From positions 238,021-302,020 of the forward strand of contig CAVVIH010000001.1 in the NCBI GenBank assembly GCA_963748295.1: a stretch of DNA of 64,000 bases. Direction: 5' to 3'. The notes under the pieces are model-generated. The model was given only the letters and a program-made list of their open reading frames with translations. It was not told where the DNA came from and searched no databases. Source of the stretch: an uncultured Acidobacteriota bacterium. Lineage in GTDB: Bacteria; Acidobacteriota; Vicinamibacteria; Vicinamibacterales; 2-12-FULL-66-21. Numbering within the stretch: the first letter of the stretch is position 1; each line of letters begins with the position of its first letter. Position numbers and translations under genes: made by a program. Below are positions 20,345 to 28,857 of the stretch, piece after piece.

Positions 20345-20347
20345 GAC

Positions 20348-21403
20348 TCATCCAATCTGCTGCGACACCGGCGTGCGCTGGATCACGCGCAGGAACGCAC
20401 CGACCAGTGTGGGATCGAATTGACGTCCGCTTTGCCGGCGGATCTCCTCCACGGCGTCCGAGATCGGCCAGGCAGCCTTGTACGGCCGCTTCTGCGTCAG
20501 CGCGTCGAAGACGTCGGCGACCGCGACGATGCGGCCCGCCAGCGGAATCGCTTCGCCGACGAGCCCTTCGTAGCCGCCGCCGTCCCAGTGCTCGTGATGA
20601 CTGAACGCGATCTCCTCGGCGAGGCGCAGCAGGCTGAACCGGCTCCCGGACAGGATTCGCGCGCCAATCGCGGTGTGCGTCTTCACCAGCGCGAACTCCT
20701 CATCGGTCAGCTTGCCGAGCTTCAGGAGGATCGAATCGGGGATGCCAATCTTGCCGACGTCGTGGAGCGGGGCGGCGCGCCGGATCAGCGAAACGGTCGA
20801 ATCGGGGAGTCCTACTTCGCGCGCGAGGAGCGCCGCCATCTGTCCCACGCGCTCGGTGTGATGGCCCGTATTGTCGTCGCGGAACTCCGCCGCGCGCGCC
20901 AGCCGCTCGATGATCTCGATCTGCGCCGACTCGAGCTCGCGCGTCCGCTCGCGGACCTTCGCCTCGAGCAGCTGGTTCTGACTCTGGATCTGCAGATACA
21001 GGAACCGCGTCTCCAGCAGCGTCCGGATCCGCAGCAGCACTTCGTCGCTGTGAAACGGCTTGTTGACGAAGTCCTTGGCGCCGCGCGACAGCGCCTCGCG
21101 CCGCGCCTCGGGCGCCATGTCCCCGGTCAGCATCAGGATTGGCAGGTAGCTCGCCTCGGCGAGCTGATTGAGCTGATCCATCACCGCCAGGCCGTCCATG
21201 TGCGGCATGTGCAGGTCGAGCAGGATGAGATCCGGCCGGAGCCTCACGTACAGCGGGGCCGCTTCCCGGGGATCCGTTGTGCCCTCGACCCGCGTGAACC
21301 CCTGGCGCTCCAGGAGCCGCTGCAGCAGCTCCACGTTCGCGGGCTCGTCATCGACAATCAGGATCCGGGCGTGCTTGAAGGTTCGCGAGGACATCATCTC
21401 CAA
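20348..21403 (-). CDS. response regulator: receiver domain + HD-GYP phosphodiesterase domain (RpfG-like)
   Basis: [14 protein letters not shown]...[16 protein letters not shown] (REC), then [10 protein letters not shown]...[17 protein letters not shown]...[13 protein letters not shown]...[14 protein letters not shown]. Confidence 0.85.
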   Translation of the reverse strand: MEMMSSRTFKHARILIVDDEPANVELLQRLLERQGFTRVEGTTDPREAAPLYVRLRPDLILLDLHMPHMDGLAVMDQLNQLAEASYLPILMLTGDMAPEARREALSRGAKDFVNKPFHSDEVLLRIRTLLETRFLYLQIQSQNQLLEAKVRERTRELESAQIEIIERLARAAEFRDDNTGHHTERVGQMAALLAREVGLPDSTVSLIRRAAPLHDVGKIGIPDSILLKLGKLTDEEFALVKTHTAIGARILSGSRFSLLRLAEEIAFSHHEHWDGGGYEGLVGEAIPLAGRIVAVADVFDALTQKRPYKAAWPISDAVEEIRRQSGRQFDPTLVGAFLRVIQRTPVSQQIG

Positions 21404-21412
21404 TGAGCGCCG

Positions 21413-22453
21413 CTACCCGCCTGCCGACACGTCCGCATTCAGGATCGCTTCAGCGGCCGGAGAGTCGGGCCACACCACCGCGGGCGCCGCGGTGTATGAG
21501 GCATGGGCGAGCGCACTCTGGAAAAAGGCTACCTCCGAAGAATAGAACAGAAGCTTCAAATAGTGTCGAAACACGATGTAACACTGCCCGAGCGCGAGCG
21601 TCACCCACATCCACAGGCCCGCGCCGGGGGCGCCGGGGTTGACGATGGCATAGAGCAGCACCAGCACGGCGAAGGCGGCGCCGTTCAGCAGATACAGCAG
21701 GACCGCGCCGCGGTTGCGGCGCACGAATCGTGCGCCGGCCAGCAGCGCTCCGATCGCGCTGCGGCGATCCTCGACGACGATGCGGACGCGGGCGTAGTCG
21801 AAGACGAGATTCACGGCGACGAGCAGGATTCCGAACACCAGATAGCCCGCAACGCGCACCGCGAACCCGAGTCGTTCTTCGGTCATGTTCCGCGTCAGCG
21901 CGCCGAACGCACGATCCAGCAGAAGTCCGTGGACCACCGCGAAAAGGAAGTAATACGCCGCGAAGGCGAGGATGCCGAGCCGCAGGAACCGCCAGAAGTG
22001 CGTGCCGCACGCGGCGAAGAAACCGTGCGCGCGCGTGGGCCGCATCCTGGCGTAGCGGTCCAGCACGCCGCCGCTCAGGAACGACCACAGAATCATCCAG
22101 GCGGCAACCGCCGATGCGACGGCCGACGCGAGCGGCAGGTTGTCGAGCAGCCCGCTGATGTTGTCGAGCACGGCGCCGAAGCCGATGATCGACGGGGCGA
22201 ACGTGGCGGCCAGCCCTGAGGCCTGCGCCATGAACTCCTGCCACCAGTCGTAATTCACGCCGGCCGCGACCGTATCCGCTGTCAGGCTCCTTCCCAGGTG
22301 CGACGCGATCGCCTCTCTGACGACGAGCGACAACGGCAGCGCGAACAGCAGCGTGACCGCGCACATGCCGAAGAGCACCAGCGGCGCGCCGTTGACGCGG
22401 CGCACACCCTCGCGGAACGCGCCCGCGGCGCCGATCTCAGATGAAGAATCCAT
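21413..22453 (-). CDS. polytopic membrane protein of unknown function
   Basis: Intact 346-aa ORF with about 6-7 hydrophobic segments. Its start overlaps the 3' end of the upstream M1 peptidase gene by 17 nt. No motif that I recognise. Confidence 0.55.
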   Translation of the reverse strand: MDSSSEIGAAGAFREGVRRVNGAPLVLFGMCAVTLLFALPLSLVVREAIASHLGRSLTADTVAAGVNYDWWQEFMAQASGLAATFAPSIIGFGAVLDNISGLLDNLPLASAVASAVAAWMILWSFLSGGVLDRYARMRPTRAHGFFAACGTHFWRFLRLGILAFAAYYFLFAVVHGLLLDRAFGALTRNMTEERLGFAVRVAGYLVFGILLVAVNLVFDYARVRIVVEDRRSAIGALLAGARFVRRNRGAVLLYLLNGAAFAVLVLLYAIVNPGAPGAGLWMWVTLALGQCYIVFRHYLKLLFYSSEVAFFQSALAHASYTAAPAVVWPDSPAAEAILNADVSAGG

Positions 22454-24485
22454 ACGTCAGCAGCTGATCCTGCAGCCACACCAGCCAGGCGAGCGACCAC
22501 TTGCGCGCGGCAGCGCGGGTGCGCGGCGCGAGCGACATCGAATTATTGGTGTAGTTCAGGTCGAGGAGCAGCACGCGATCCGGATCGACCTGTGCCGAGA
22601 CCGCGCGCACCGGCTTCGTCACCTCGAAGCTCTTCCAGGTATCGCGTCCATCCCACTTCCACCGGACTTCTTCCTGGTTGGCGAACACGACGCGGACGTC
22701 CACGGGGAAGACCCCCTCGGCGTAGCGGCGAACGACCACCGTCGTCCGGTATCCGCGATCCGAGGGCGCGCTGGCGAACGCGCGGGCGTCGCCGTCCCCG
22801 AAATATCCGGATTCGAGCGGCCGTTCGCTCTCGAGCTCGGCGATGCCGTAGTCGAACGCGTACGCGTTGCGATGAACCTGGTCGAAGAACCAGGTCAGGT
22901 CGCGCCCCGAGGCCTCGTTGACCGCCGCAAAGAAGTCATCCGGCGCCGGATGGCGGAACGACCACCTCGCGAAGTAGGTGGACATCGCGCGCTGGAGCGT
23001 GTCCCATCCAAGCATCCGCTCCAGCGTGTTCAGCCACAGCGCGGTCTTGTTGTAGGTGATCGAGCTCGCGCTGCCGGGCCAGTACCGCCAGGTCTCCTTG
23101 TTCTGCGCGTCCATCCGCGCGTTGGGCCGGTATCCCGACAGCCTGTTGCCGTCGGTCGCGCGGCTGAGTGTCACGTCGCGGAACACCCACGGCACGAACC
23201 CGCCGAAGTACCGCTTCGCATAATGCTGCGGTCCGAAGAACTGGTCGAGCGTTCGCGCCGTGGAAAACGTGTTCAGTCCCTCGTCCATCCAGGCATGCTC
23301 GAACTCGTTCGACGCGACGATGCCATACCACCACTGATGACCGGCTTCGTGAACGGTGACGCCCTCGGGCTGCGTCACGCGCCGTGGCGCAATCCAGCGC
23401 GCGCCGGCCGTGAAGAGCGTCGGGTACTCCATGCCACCTGCGCCGCTCTGCCAGGCCGGATCGACGATCGTCAGATTGGGGTAGGGATACGGACCGTACC
23501 ACTCGCCGTAGTACTTCAAGGTTGCCGCCGTCGGCCGTGAAGTGCCGCTCGGCCTGGCCGGCATGCTCCGGCTGCAGCAGCAGCCGCAGCGCGACGCGGG
23601 GCAGCGTCGGGTGCTCGAAAACGGCGGTCCGCTCCAGGAAATCCGGGCTCGTCGTCCACGCGAAGTCGTGCACGTCCTCGGCACGGTACTGGTGCGTCGT
23701 GGTTCCGTCCCCCTCGTCGCGCCGGCTGCTCTCGACGCCGCTCGCGCCGACGATCCAGCCGTTCGGTACGGTCAGCCGCACGTCGTAGACGCCGAAGTCG
23801 GCGAAGAATTCGGTCGCCGAGTGGAACTGGTGCGCCCGCCATCCCGCATCCGACAGCACGCCGACCTTCGGAAACCATTGCGCCAGGAAGAAGAAGTTGC
23901 CGATGGCGCCGGTTCGTGAGAAGGTTCGCGGCACGCGCGAGGACCACGCCACGTGCACGTTGACGATTTCGCCGGGCCGGACCGGCGCGTCGAGCTGAAC
24001 CTCCGCCAGCGTCCGATCGTCCGCGTTCCCGTCGTCGGGCGCGATGAATCGCAGCCGTGACGTGAGATCGACCGGCGTGCCGCCCGGCCCGATCACGCGG
24101 AGATTGGTGACGTCGATCGATCCCCAGTCCTGTTCCGGCCGCCGCGCCGTGTCACGGTCGCCTGCCAGCAGGCTTTCGCGAATCCAGGACGAGCGGGTGT
24201 TGCGCCAGGCGTTGTAATAAAGGTGGAAGCGCAGGCTCGCCGCGGGGCTGGACGTCACGTTGCGCCACGTGATCAGCTCGTCGCCTTTGAGCGTCCGGCT
24301 CGCCGGATCCAGACGGGCGGTGATGGTGTAGTTGGCGTTGCGCGGCGACCGCGCCGGGAGGCCGTCCTCGGTGCTTCGGCCGCGGGAGTAGGCTGGTTCC
24401 CTGCAGGCGACTGTGCGGGGACGCCTGCCCGGCCGGACGCCACGATGATTCCGAGCGCCACGATCACCAGAGATCGTGCTGGCAC
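22437..24485 (-). CDS. M1 family zinc aminopeptidase with signal peptide (two frame breaks, near 24370 and 23520)
   Basis: Signal-like MPARSLVIVALGIIVASG (ORF 24273..24485). N-domain in ORF 22936..24525 (NANYTITARLDPASRTLKGDELITWRN...). Catalytic part in ORF 22437..23684, with GGMEYPTLF, VHEAGHQWWYG (HExxH) and WMDEGLNTF. Confidence 0.75.
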
Positions 24486-24566
24486 GCGCCAATCCTACAC
24501 CAAGTGCGCGGAGGGTATAATTCACGGATCGGCACTCATACTTTCTTTTCGTGAGGAGCAGCGTTT

Positions 24567-25586
24567 ATGGCAGCAGCGTCGGGCCCCATCAAGGTTCTGC
24601 ATTTCGGTCTCGGGCCGATCGGTTCGGCGTCGTACGGCAGGTGGCCGGCCGCAAAGGGATTCAAGATCGTCGGCGCGGTCGACATCGACCCGGCCAAGGT
24701 CGGCCGCGATCTCGGAGAAGTCGCGGGGCTCGAACGGCCGCTGCGCGTCAAGGTGTCGGGCGACGCGAAGAAGGGCATCAAGTCGGCGAAGCCTGACGTC
24801 GTCGTGCTGTGCACGAGCTCGTCGATGAAAAAGGTGATGGATCAGATGGAGACGATCCTCGCCCTCAAGGTCCCGATCGTCTCGACGACCGAGGAGCTCG
24901 CCTACCCGACGAAGAACAACATGCGCTACGCGCGCGCGATCCATCAGCTCGCGAAGAAGCACAAGGTGGCGGTGCTCGGCACCGGCGTCAACCCCGGATT
25001 CGTGATGGACGCGCTGCCCATCATGCTGACCGGCGTCTGCGAGCGGGTCGAGGCGGTGCGCGTGGATCGGATTCAGGATGCGCGCATCCGGCGCCTGCCG
25101 TTCCAGCAGAAGATCGGCGCCGGCCTCACCCGCGAGCAGTTCCAGCGCAAGGTGGACGATGCGAGCGTGCGGCATGTCGGGCTGGCGGAATCGATCTCGA
25201 TGATCGCGGACGCGCTCGGCTGGAAGCTCGATCGCATCACCGACGAAATCCAGCCGCGGATTGCGACCGAGACCGTCGCCAGCGAGTTCCTGGCGGTCGA
25301 TCCGGGTTACGTCTGCGGCATCATCCAGGACGGCGTCGGCTACCGCGAGGGGAAGCCGGTGATCACGCTGCACATGGAGGCGTACCTGGGGGCGCCCGAG
25401 TCGTACGACGCGGTGGAGATCACCGGATCGCCGGCGTTGAAGGTGAAGCTCGCGGGCGGCGTGCACGGCGACATCGCGACCGCGTCGATGGTGGTGAACT
25501 CGATTCCGAAGATCCTCGACGTCACGCCGGGGCTGCACACCATGCGGGACATGCCGCTGCCGTCGTTCTTCGGGGGCAATCGGTAG
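24567..25586 (+). CDS. DapB-like NAD(P)-dependent amine dehydrogenase family (2,4-diaminopentanoate dehydrogenase-like)
   Basis: IKVLHFGLGPIGS, VVVLCTSSSM, KVAVLGTGVNPGFVMDALPIMLTG, DRIQDARIRRLPFQQKIGAGL, HVGLAESISMIADALGW. GAGGAG lies 8 nt upstream of the ATG and a TATAAT at 24516..24521. Confidence 0.6.
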   Translation: MAAASGPIKVLHFGLGPIGSASYGRWPAAKGFKIVGAVDIDPAKVGRDLGEVAGLERPLRVKVSGDAKKGIKSAKPDVVVLCTSSSMKKVMDQMETILALKVPIVSTTEELAYPTKNNMRYARAIHQLAKKHKVAVLGTGVNPGFVMDALPIMLTGVCERVEAVRVDRIQDARIRRLPFQQKIGAGLTREQFQRKVDDASVRHVGLAESISMIADALGWKLDRITDEIQPRIATETVASEFLAVDPGYVCGIIQDGVGYREGKPVITLHMEAYLGAPESYDAVEITGSPALKVKLAGGVHGDIATASMVVNSIPKILDVTPGLHTMRDMPLPSFFGGNR

Positions 25587-25610
25587 GAGCTTCTGAAACG
25601 AGGAGCAGCC

Positions 25611-26147
25611 GTGGATCCCGCGCGCGCCAGACACCTCGAGCGGTTGCGGCACATTCGCGAGTCGTTTGCCGAAGCGAACGAGCGGCTGGTCGCCCGGCTG
25701 CGGCGGGTCGAGCATGGCGCCGCGGAGCGCGGCCCCGAGGGTGGCGGCTGGTCGGCGGCGCAGATCGGCTGGCACGTCGCCGCGGTCACGACCCGGTTCG
25801 CGAGCCTGGTGTCGGGCGACGCGGCGGGTCTTCAGCCGCTTCCCCAGGACTTCGTCGAGCGCGACTGGAGCACGATCGGCAACATCATTTCCTCGAGGCT
25901 TCAGGCGCCGAGAGGAACCGAGCCGCCGGCGCGCGTCAGCCGCGACGAAGCAGTGGCGGCGCTCGAAGCGTCGGGCCTCCGGCTCGCCCAGGCGCTCGAC
26001 CAGGTGACGCCCGAGCGCGGAGCGGGGTTCGGGCTGAACAGCCCGATCGTCGGCGGCACGATTAACGTCTACCAGATCGCGGAGTGGGCGACGGCCCACG
26101 TGATCCGGCACAACCGGCAGGCCAAGCGGGCGCTCGGCGAGGGCTGA
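25611..26147 (+). CDS. DinB-superfamily protein
   Basis: 178 aa. GGWSAAQIGWHVA ... QIAEWATAHVIRHNRQ, the His-containing helix pattern typical of DinB_2-type four-helix bundles. Confidence 0.65.
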   Translation: MDPARARHLERLRHIRESFAEANERLVARLRRVEHGAAERGPEGGGWSAAQIGWHVAAVTTRFASLVSGDAAGLQPLPQDFVERDWSTIGNIISSRLQAPRGTEPPARVSRDEAVAALEASGLRLAQALDQVTPERGAGFGLNSPIVGGTINVYQIAEWATAHVIRHNRQAKRALGEG

Positions 26148-26154
26148 GCAGGCG

Positions 26155-27660
26155 TCAGGAGGCCTGCTGCAATCCCCAGCGGCGCCGCTTCAGGAACAGG
26201 CCCTTTCTCGAAATCCCCAACAACCGCGCCGCCTCTTCGACGCGGCCGTGCGTCCGTTCGAGCGCCCGCCGGACCAGCGTCTGTTCGAGCAGTTCGACCG
26301 CGGCCGGCAGCGGCTGATCCAGCGCGAGGTGGATCTCGGGCTCTCCCGGCGCCGAGGCGGGAATCGTGCGGCGCGACGCCTGGATCTCGGACGACAGCAA
26401 CGCCGGGGTCAGCGTCGAGCCCGGCTCGGCGAGCGCCACCATCCGGCGCACCTCGTTGGCGAGCTGACGGATATTTCCCGGCCATGAATACAACAGCAGG
26501 TATTCGAGCGTCTCGTCGCTCAGCGTCAGCGGGCCTTTCTTCTGCTCGTCGCTGTAGCGGCGGATGTAGTGCTGCACCAGGGTCGGGATCTCCTCGCGGC
26601 GCTCGCGCAGCGGCGGCACGCGCAGCTGGATGACGTTGAGGCGGTAGAGCAGATCCTCGCGGAAGCGGCCCTGCGCCACCAGCTGTTCGAGGTTCGCGTT
26701 GGTGGCGGCGATGATGCGCACGTCGACGCGGGTCGGCTGCGACTCGCCGAGCGGGTGGACCTCCTGGTGCTCGAGGAACCGCAGCAGCTTGGGCTGGAGA
26801 TCGAGCGGGATGTCGGCGATCTCGTCGAGGAACAGGGTGCCGCCCGCCGTCGCGCGGATGACGCCCGGGAACGAGAACTCGGCGCCGGTGAAGGCGCCCT
26901 TGCGATAGCCGAACAGCTGGCTTTCGAGCATGTCGCGCGGCACCGCGCTGCAATTGAACGGCACCAGCGCGCGCTCGGCGCGGTCGGACGACTTGTGGAT
27001 CGCGCGCGCGAGCATCTCCTTGCCGGTGCCGGTTTCGCCGGTGAGCAGCACCGGCAGCGGGGTCGCGGCGATGCGCCGGGCGATCGACAGGATCTCCGCG
27101 GCCTGCTCCGAGGCCCAGATGCTCTCCGGATCGCCGTCGAGCGCCTCGGCCGGCCAGAGCGCCGTGCGCTGCTTCTCGTCACGGCGGTAGCGGTCCAGGG
27201 TGACCGCGGTCGCGAGCAGTTTGCGGATCGCGGCGAGGGTGCACCGCTCGTCGAGGCCGGCGCGCGGCCGCGCCAGCAGGTGCCAGGTTTCCTCGCGGTG
27301 GACGCCGACCGTCATCAGATCGTCGGGCGTCGCCGCCCGGGCCGCCGCCAGCGCCTCCTCCATCGTCCAGCCGTCAGCCTCGATGACGCGGTGCTCCTTG
27401 CCGCCGGTGGCGACGAGCGCGACGCTCTCGGCGCAGCGTGTGTCCTGCACCAGCGCGAACGCCTCGCGGCCGAGGATGTGCGGGTGTCCGGCGAGCTCGA
27501 GGAGCGCGACGGCGCTGTCGAGGTAGGTGGCGGAGTCGGGATCCGGACCGGAATCGGAAAACGACGCTCGTCTTGGTCGCTTCAGCCGCAGCGTCGAAAT
27601 CACCAGCGCTCTCGAAAAGCCTGGATGCTCGTCTCGTATGTCCAGCGGCGCGCATTGCAT
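26155..27660 (-). CDS. sigma-54-dependent enhancer-binding protein (AAA+ plus Fis-type HTH), no receiver domain
   Basis: LLTGETGTGKEMLARAIH (Walker A), GAFTGA (sigma-54 contact loop), GTLFLDEI (Walker B), RIIAATNANL, FREDLLYRLNV, WPGNIRQL. C-terminal HTH: GRVEEAARLLGISRKGLFLKRRRWG. Confidence 0.85.
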   Translation of the reverse strand: MQCAPLDIRDEHPGFSRALVISTLRLKRPRRASFSDSGPDPDSATYLDSAVALLELAGHPHILGREAFALVQDTRCAESVALVATGGKEHRVIEADGWTMEEALAAARAATPDDLMTVGVHREETWHLLARPRAGLDERCTLAAIRKLLATAVTLDRYRRDEKQRTALWPAEALDGDPESIWASEQAAEILSIARRIAATPLPVLLTGETGTGKEMLARAIHKSSDRAERALVPFNCSAVPRDMLESQLFGYRKGAFTGAEFSFPGVIRATAGGTLFLDEIADIPLDLQPKLLRFLEHQEVHPLGESQPTRVDVRIIAATNANLEQLVAQGRFREDLLYRLNVIQLRVPPLRERREEIPTLVQHYIRRYSDEQKKGPLTLSDETLEYLLLYSWPGNIRQLANEVRRMVALAEPGSTLTPALLSSEIQASRRTIPASAPGEPEIHLALDQPLPAAVELLEQTLVRRALERTHGRVEEAARLLGISRKGLFLKRRRWGLQQAS

Positions 27661-28852
27661 GTCCCCCCTGCAGGAAAGCTAAACCCAAAAGCCGATGCAG
27701 ACACGCTATTTGACTAATGGGCCAATGATTGCAAGTTTCCAAAATCGGTAGCTGAACGTCGTCCACTCTAGTTCCAGCCGCTATCAACGCTTCCTGTCGG
27801 TGGAGTTCAAATGCATTTGCGAACAGATCCAGATGGCTCGACCGAGCGAGCGCCAGCGAGGATTCTGCCTGACGAATTGCATCGCTCCAATTATGTTGGG
27901 ATAGCATCATCCGAACGCGCGTCTGATGCGCATTCAACCGGTACCACGGTTGTATGCCTTCTCGGTCCTCGGCCTCGTCGAGAATCTTCAACGCAGATTC
28001 GTAGTCACCGGACGCCATGACAGTCCGAGCTTCGGTATCCGAAAGACTAAGCGCATAACTCGGATTGTCCAAAGGCTCACGGCGAGCCGCCTCAAGTTGC
28101 TCTCTCGCTTCCGACAGTCGACCGAGAGAGGAATATAAGAACGCTCGCGATGCAGCCGCCGCCATCTTGCCTCTGGACCAGCCACTTGCTGCAGCCTCCG
28201 CAGCACCGATTTCAGCTAAAGCCAAAGCTTCAGGGAGATTCCCCATCAACGTGAGAAGAGAAGCCTGATTCAACGCCGCACATGCAGCCAGGTGATGATT
28301 TGGTTCTGTGAGCAATAACCTCCGTGCAAGGTCGAAATGTTTATCCGAAATTGACGCCCGTCCGTTCTTTCCTTCTAACCTGCCAAATGTGATGTGAACC
28401 AAGGAGGTGGCATGGACGTCCCCACATCGCATTGCATATTCGCGGACACGTTTCGCCAGCGGCAACGATCTACTGAAGCCTTCACTGTCACAAACTCGCT
28501 CTAGAAGCTGCGCGGCCGTCTTGCACAACTGCGTATGATCACGAGCCTGTTCGGCAAACAGGATTGCCCGCCGGGTCATTTCGATCGCAATGGATGGGTG
28601 CCCAGAATGCCACTCAGCCTCTGCCATGAGTGACAGGGCCCGGCATTTGTACGCGGTCGTGAGCGTCGATGATGCCAGTATTCGCTTCGCTTCGCTGACG
28701 GCTTCCGAAGTTCTCCCGCGATATAACAGCAACTCTGCGCGCAAGATGGAGTGGTCGGGATCGCTCTTAACACGAACGGTCTCGAGAAGACCCAGAGCCT
28801 CTTCAAATCGACCTTCACGAACCGCTCGGTGGATAACGCTTTCTTCCGCCAT
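27374..28852 (-). CDS. TPR-like helical-repeat protein. The meaningful part is 27661..28852. The 3' 287 nt overlap the bEBP gene in another frame and probably reflect a 1-nt error in the C6 run at 27663..27668.
   Basis: ORF 27374..28852. Helical repeats are rich in A/L/E with TPR-like spacing (GRFEEALGLLE, YRGRTSEAVSEAKRIL, GNLPEALALAEIG, GRLSEAREQLEAA, GDYESALKILDEA). G+C is much lower than in the flanks. The sequence after ...LAFLQGG is Arg/Pro-rich frame noise inside the bEBP gene. Confidence 0.55.
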   Translation of the reverse strand: MAEESVIHRAVREGRFEEALGLLETVRVKSDPDHSILRAELLLYRGRTSEAVSEAKRILASSTLTTAYKCRALSLMAEAEWHSGHPSIAIEMTRRAILFAEQARDHTQLCKTAAQLLERVCDSEGFSRSLPLAKRVREYAMRCGDVHATSLVHITFGRLEGKNGRASISDKHFDLARRLLLTEPNHHLAACAALNQASLLTLMGNLPEALALAEIGAAEAAASGWSRGKMAAAASRAFLYSSLGRLSEAREQLEAARREPLDNPSYALSLSDTEARTVMASGDYESALKILDEAEDREGIQPWYRLNAHQTRVRMMLSQHNWSDAIRQAESSLALARSSHLDLFANAFELHRQEALIAAGTRVDDVQLPILETCNHWPISQIACLHRLLGLAFLQGGHAMRAAGHTRRASRLFESAGDFDAAAEATKTSVVFRFRSGSRLRHLPRQRRRAPRARRTPAHPRPRGVRAGAGHTLRRERRARRHRRQGAPRHRG

Positions 28853-28857
28853 AGTAG

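Noticed and set aside
24480-24495. TGGCACGCGCCAATCC upstream of the amine dehydrogenase gene has a perfect -24 half of a sigma-54 promoter.
   Set aside because: The -12 half reads AATC with no GC. It lies inside the 5' end of the divergent M1 peptidase gene, and a TATAAT (24516..24521) offers a simpler explanation.
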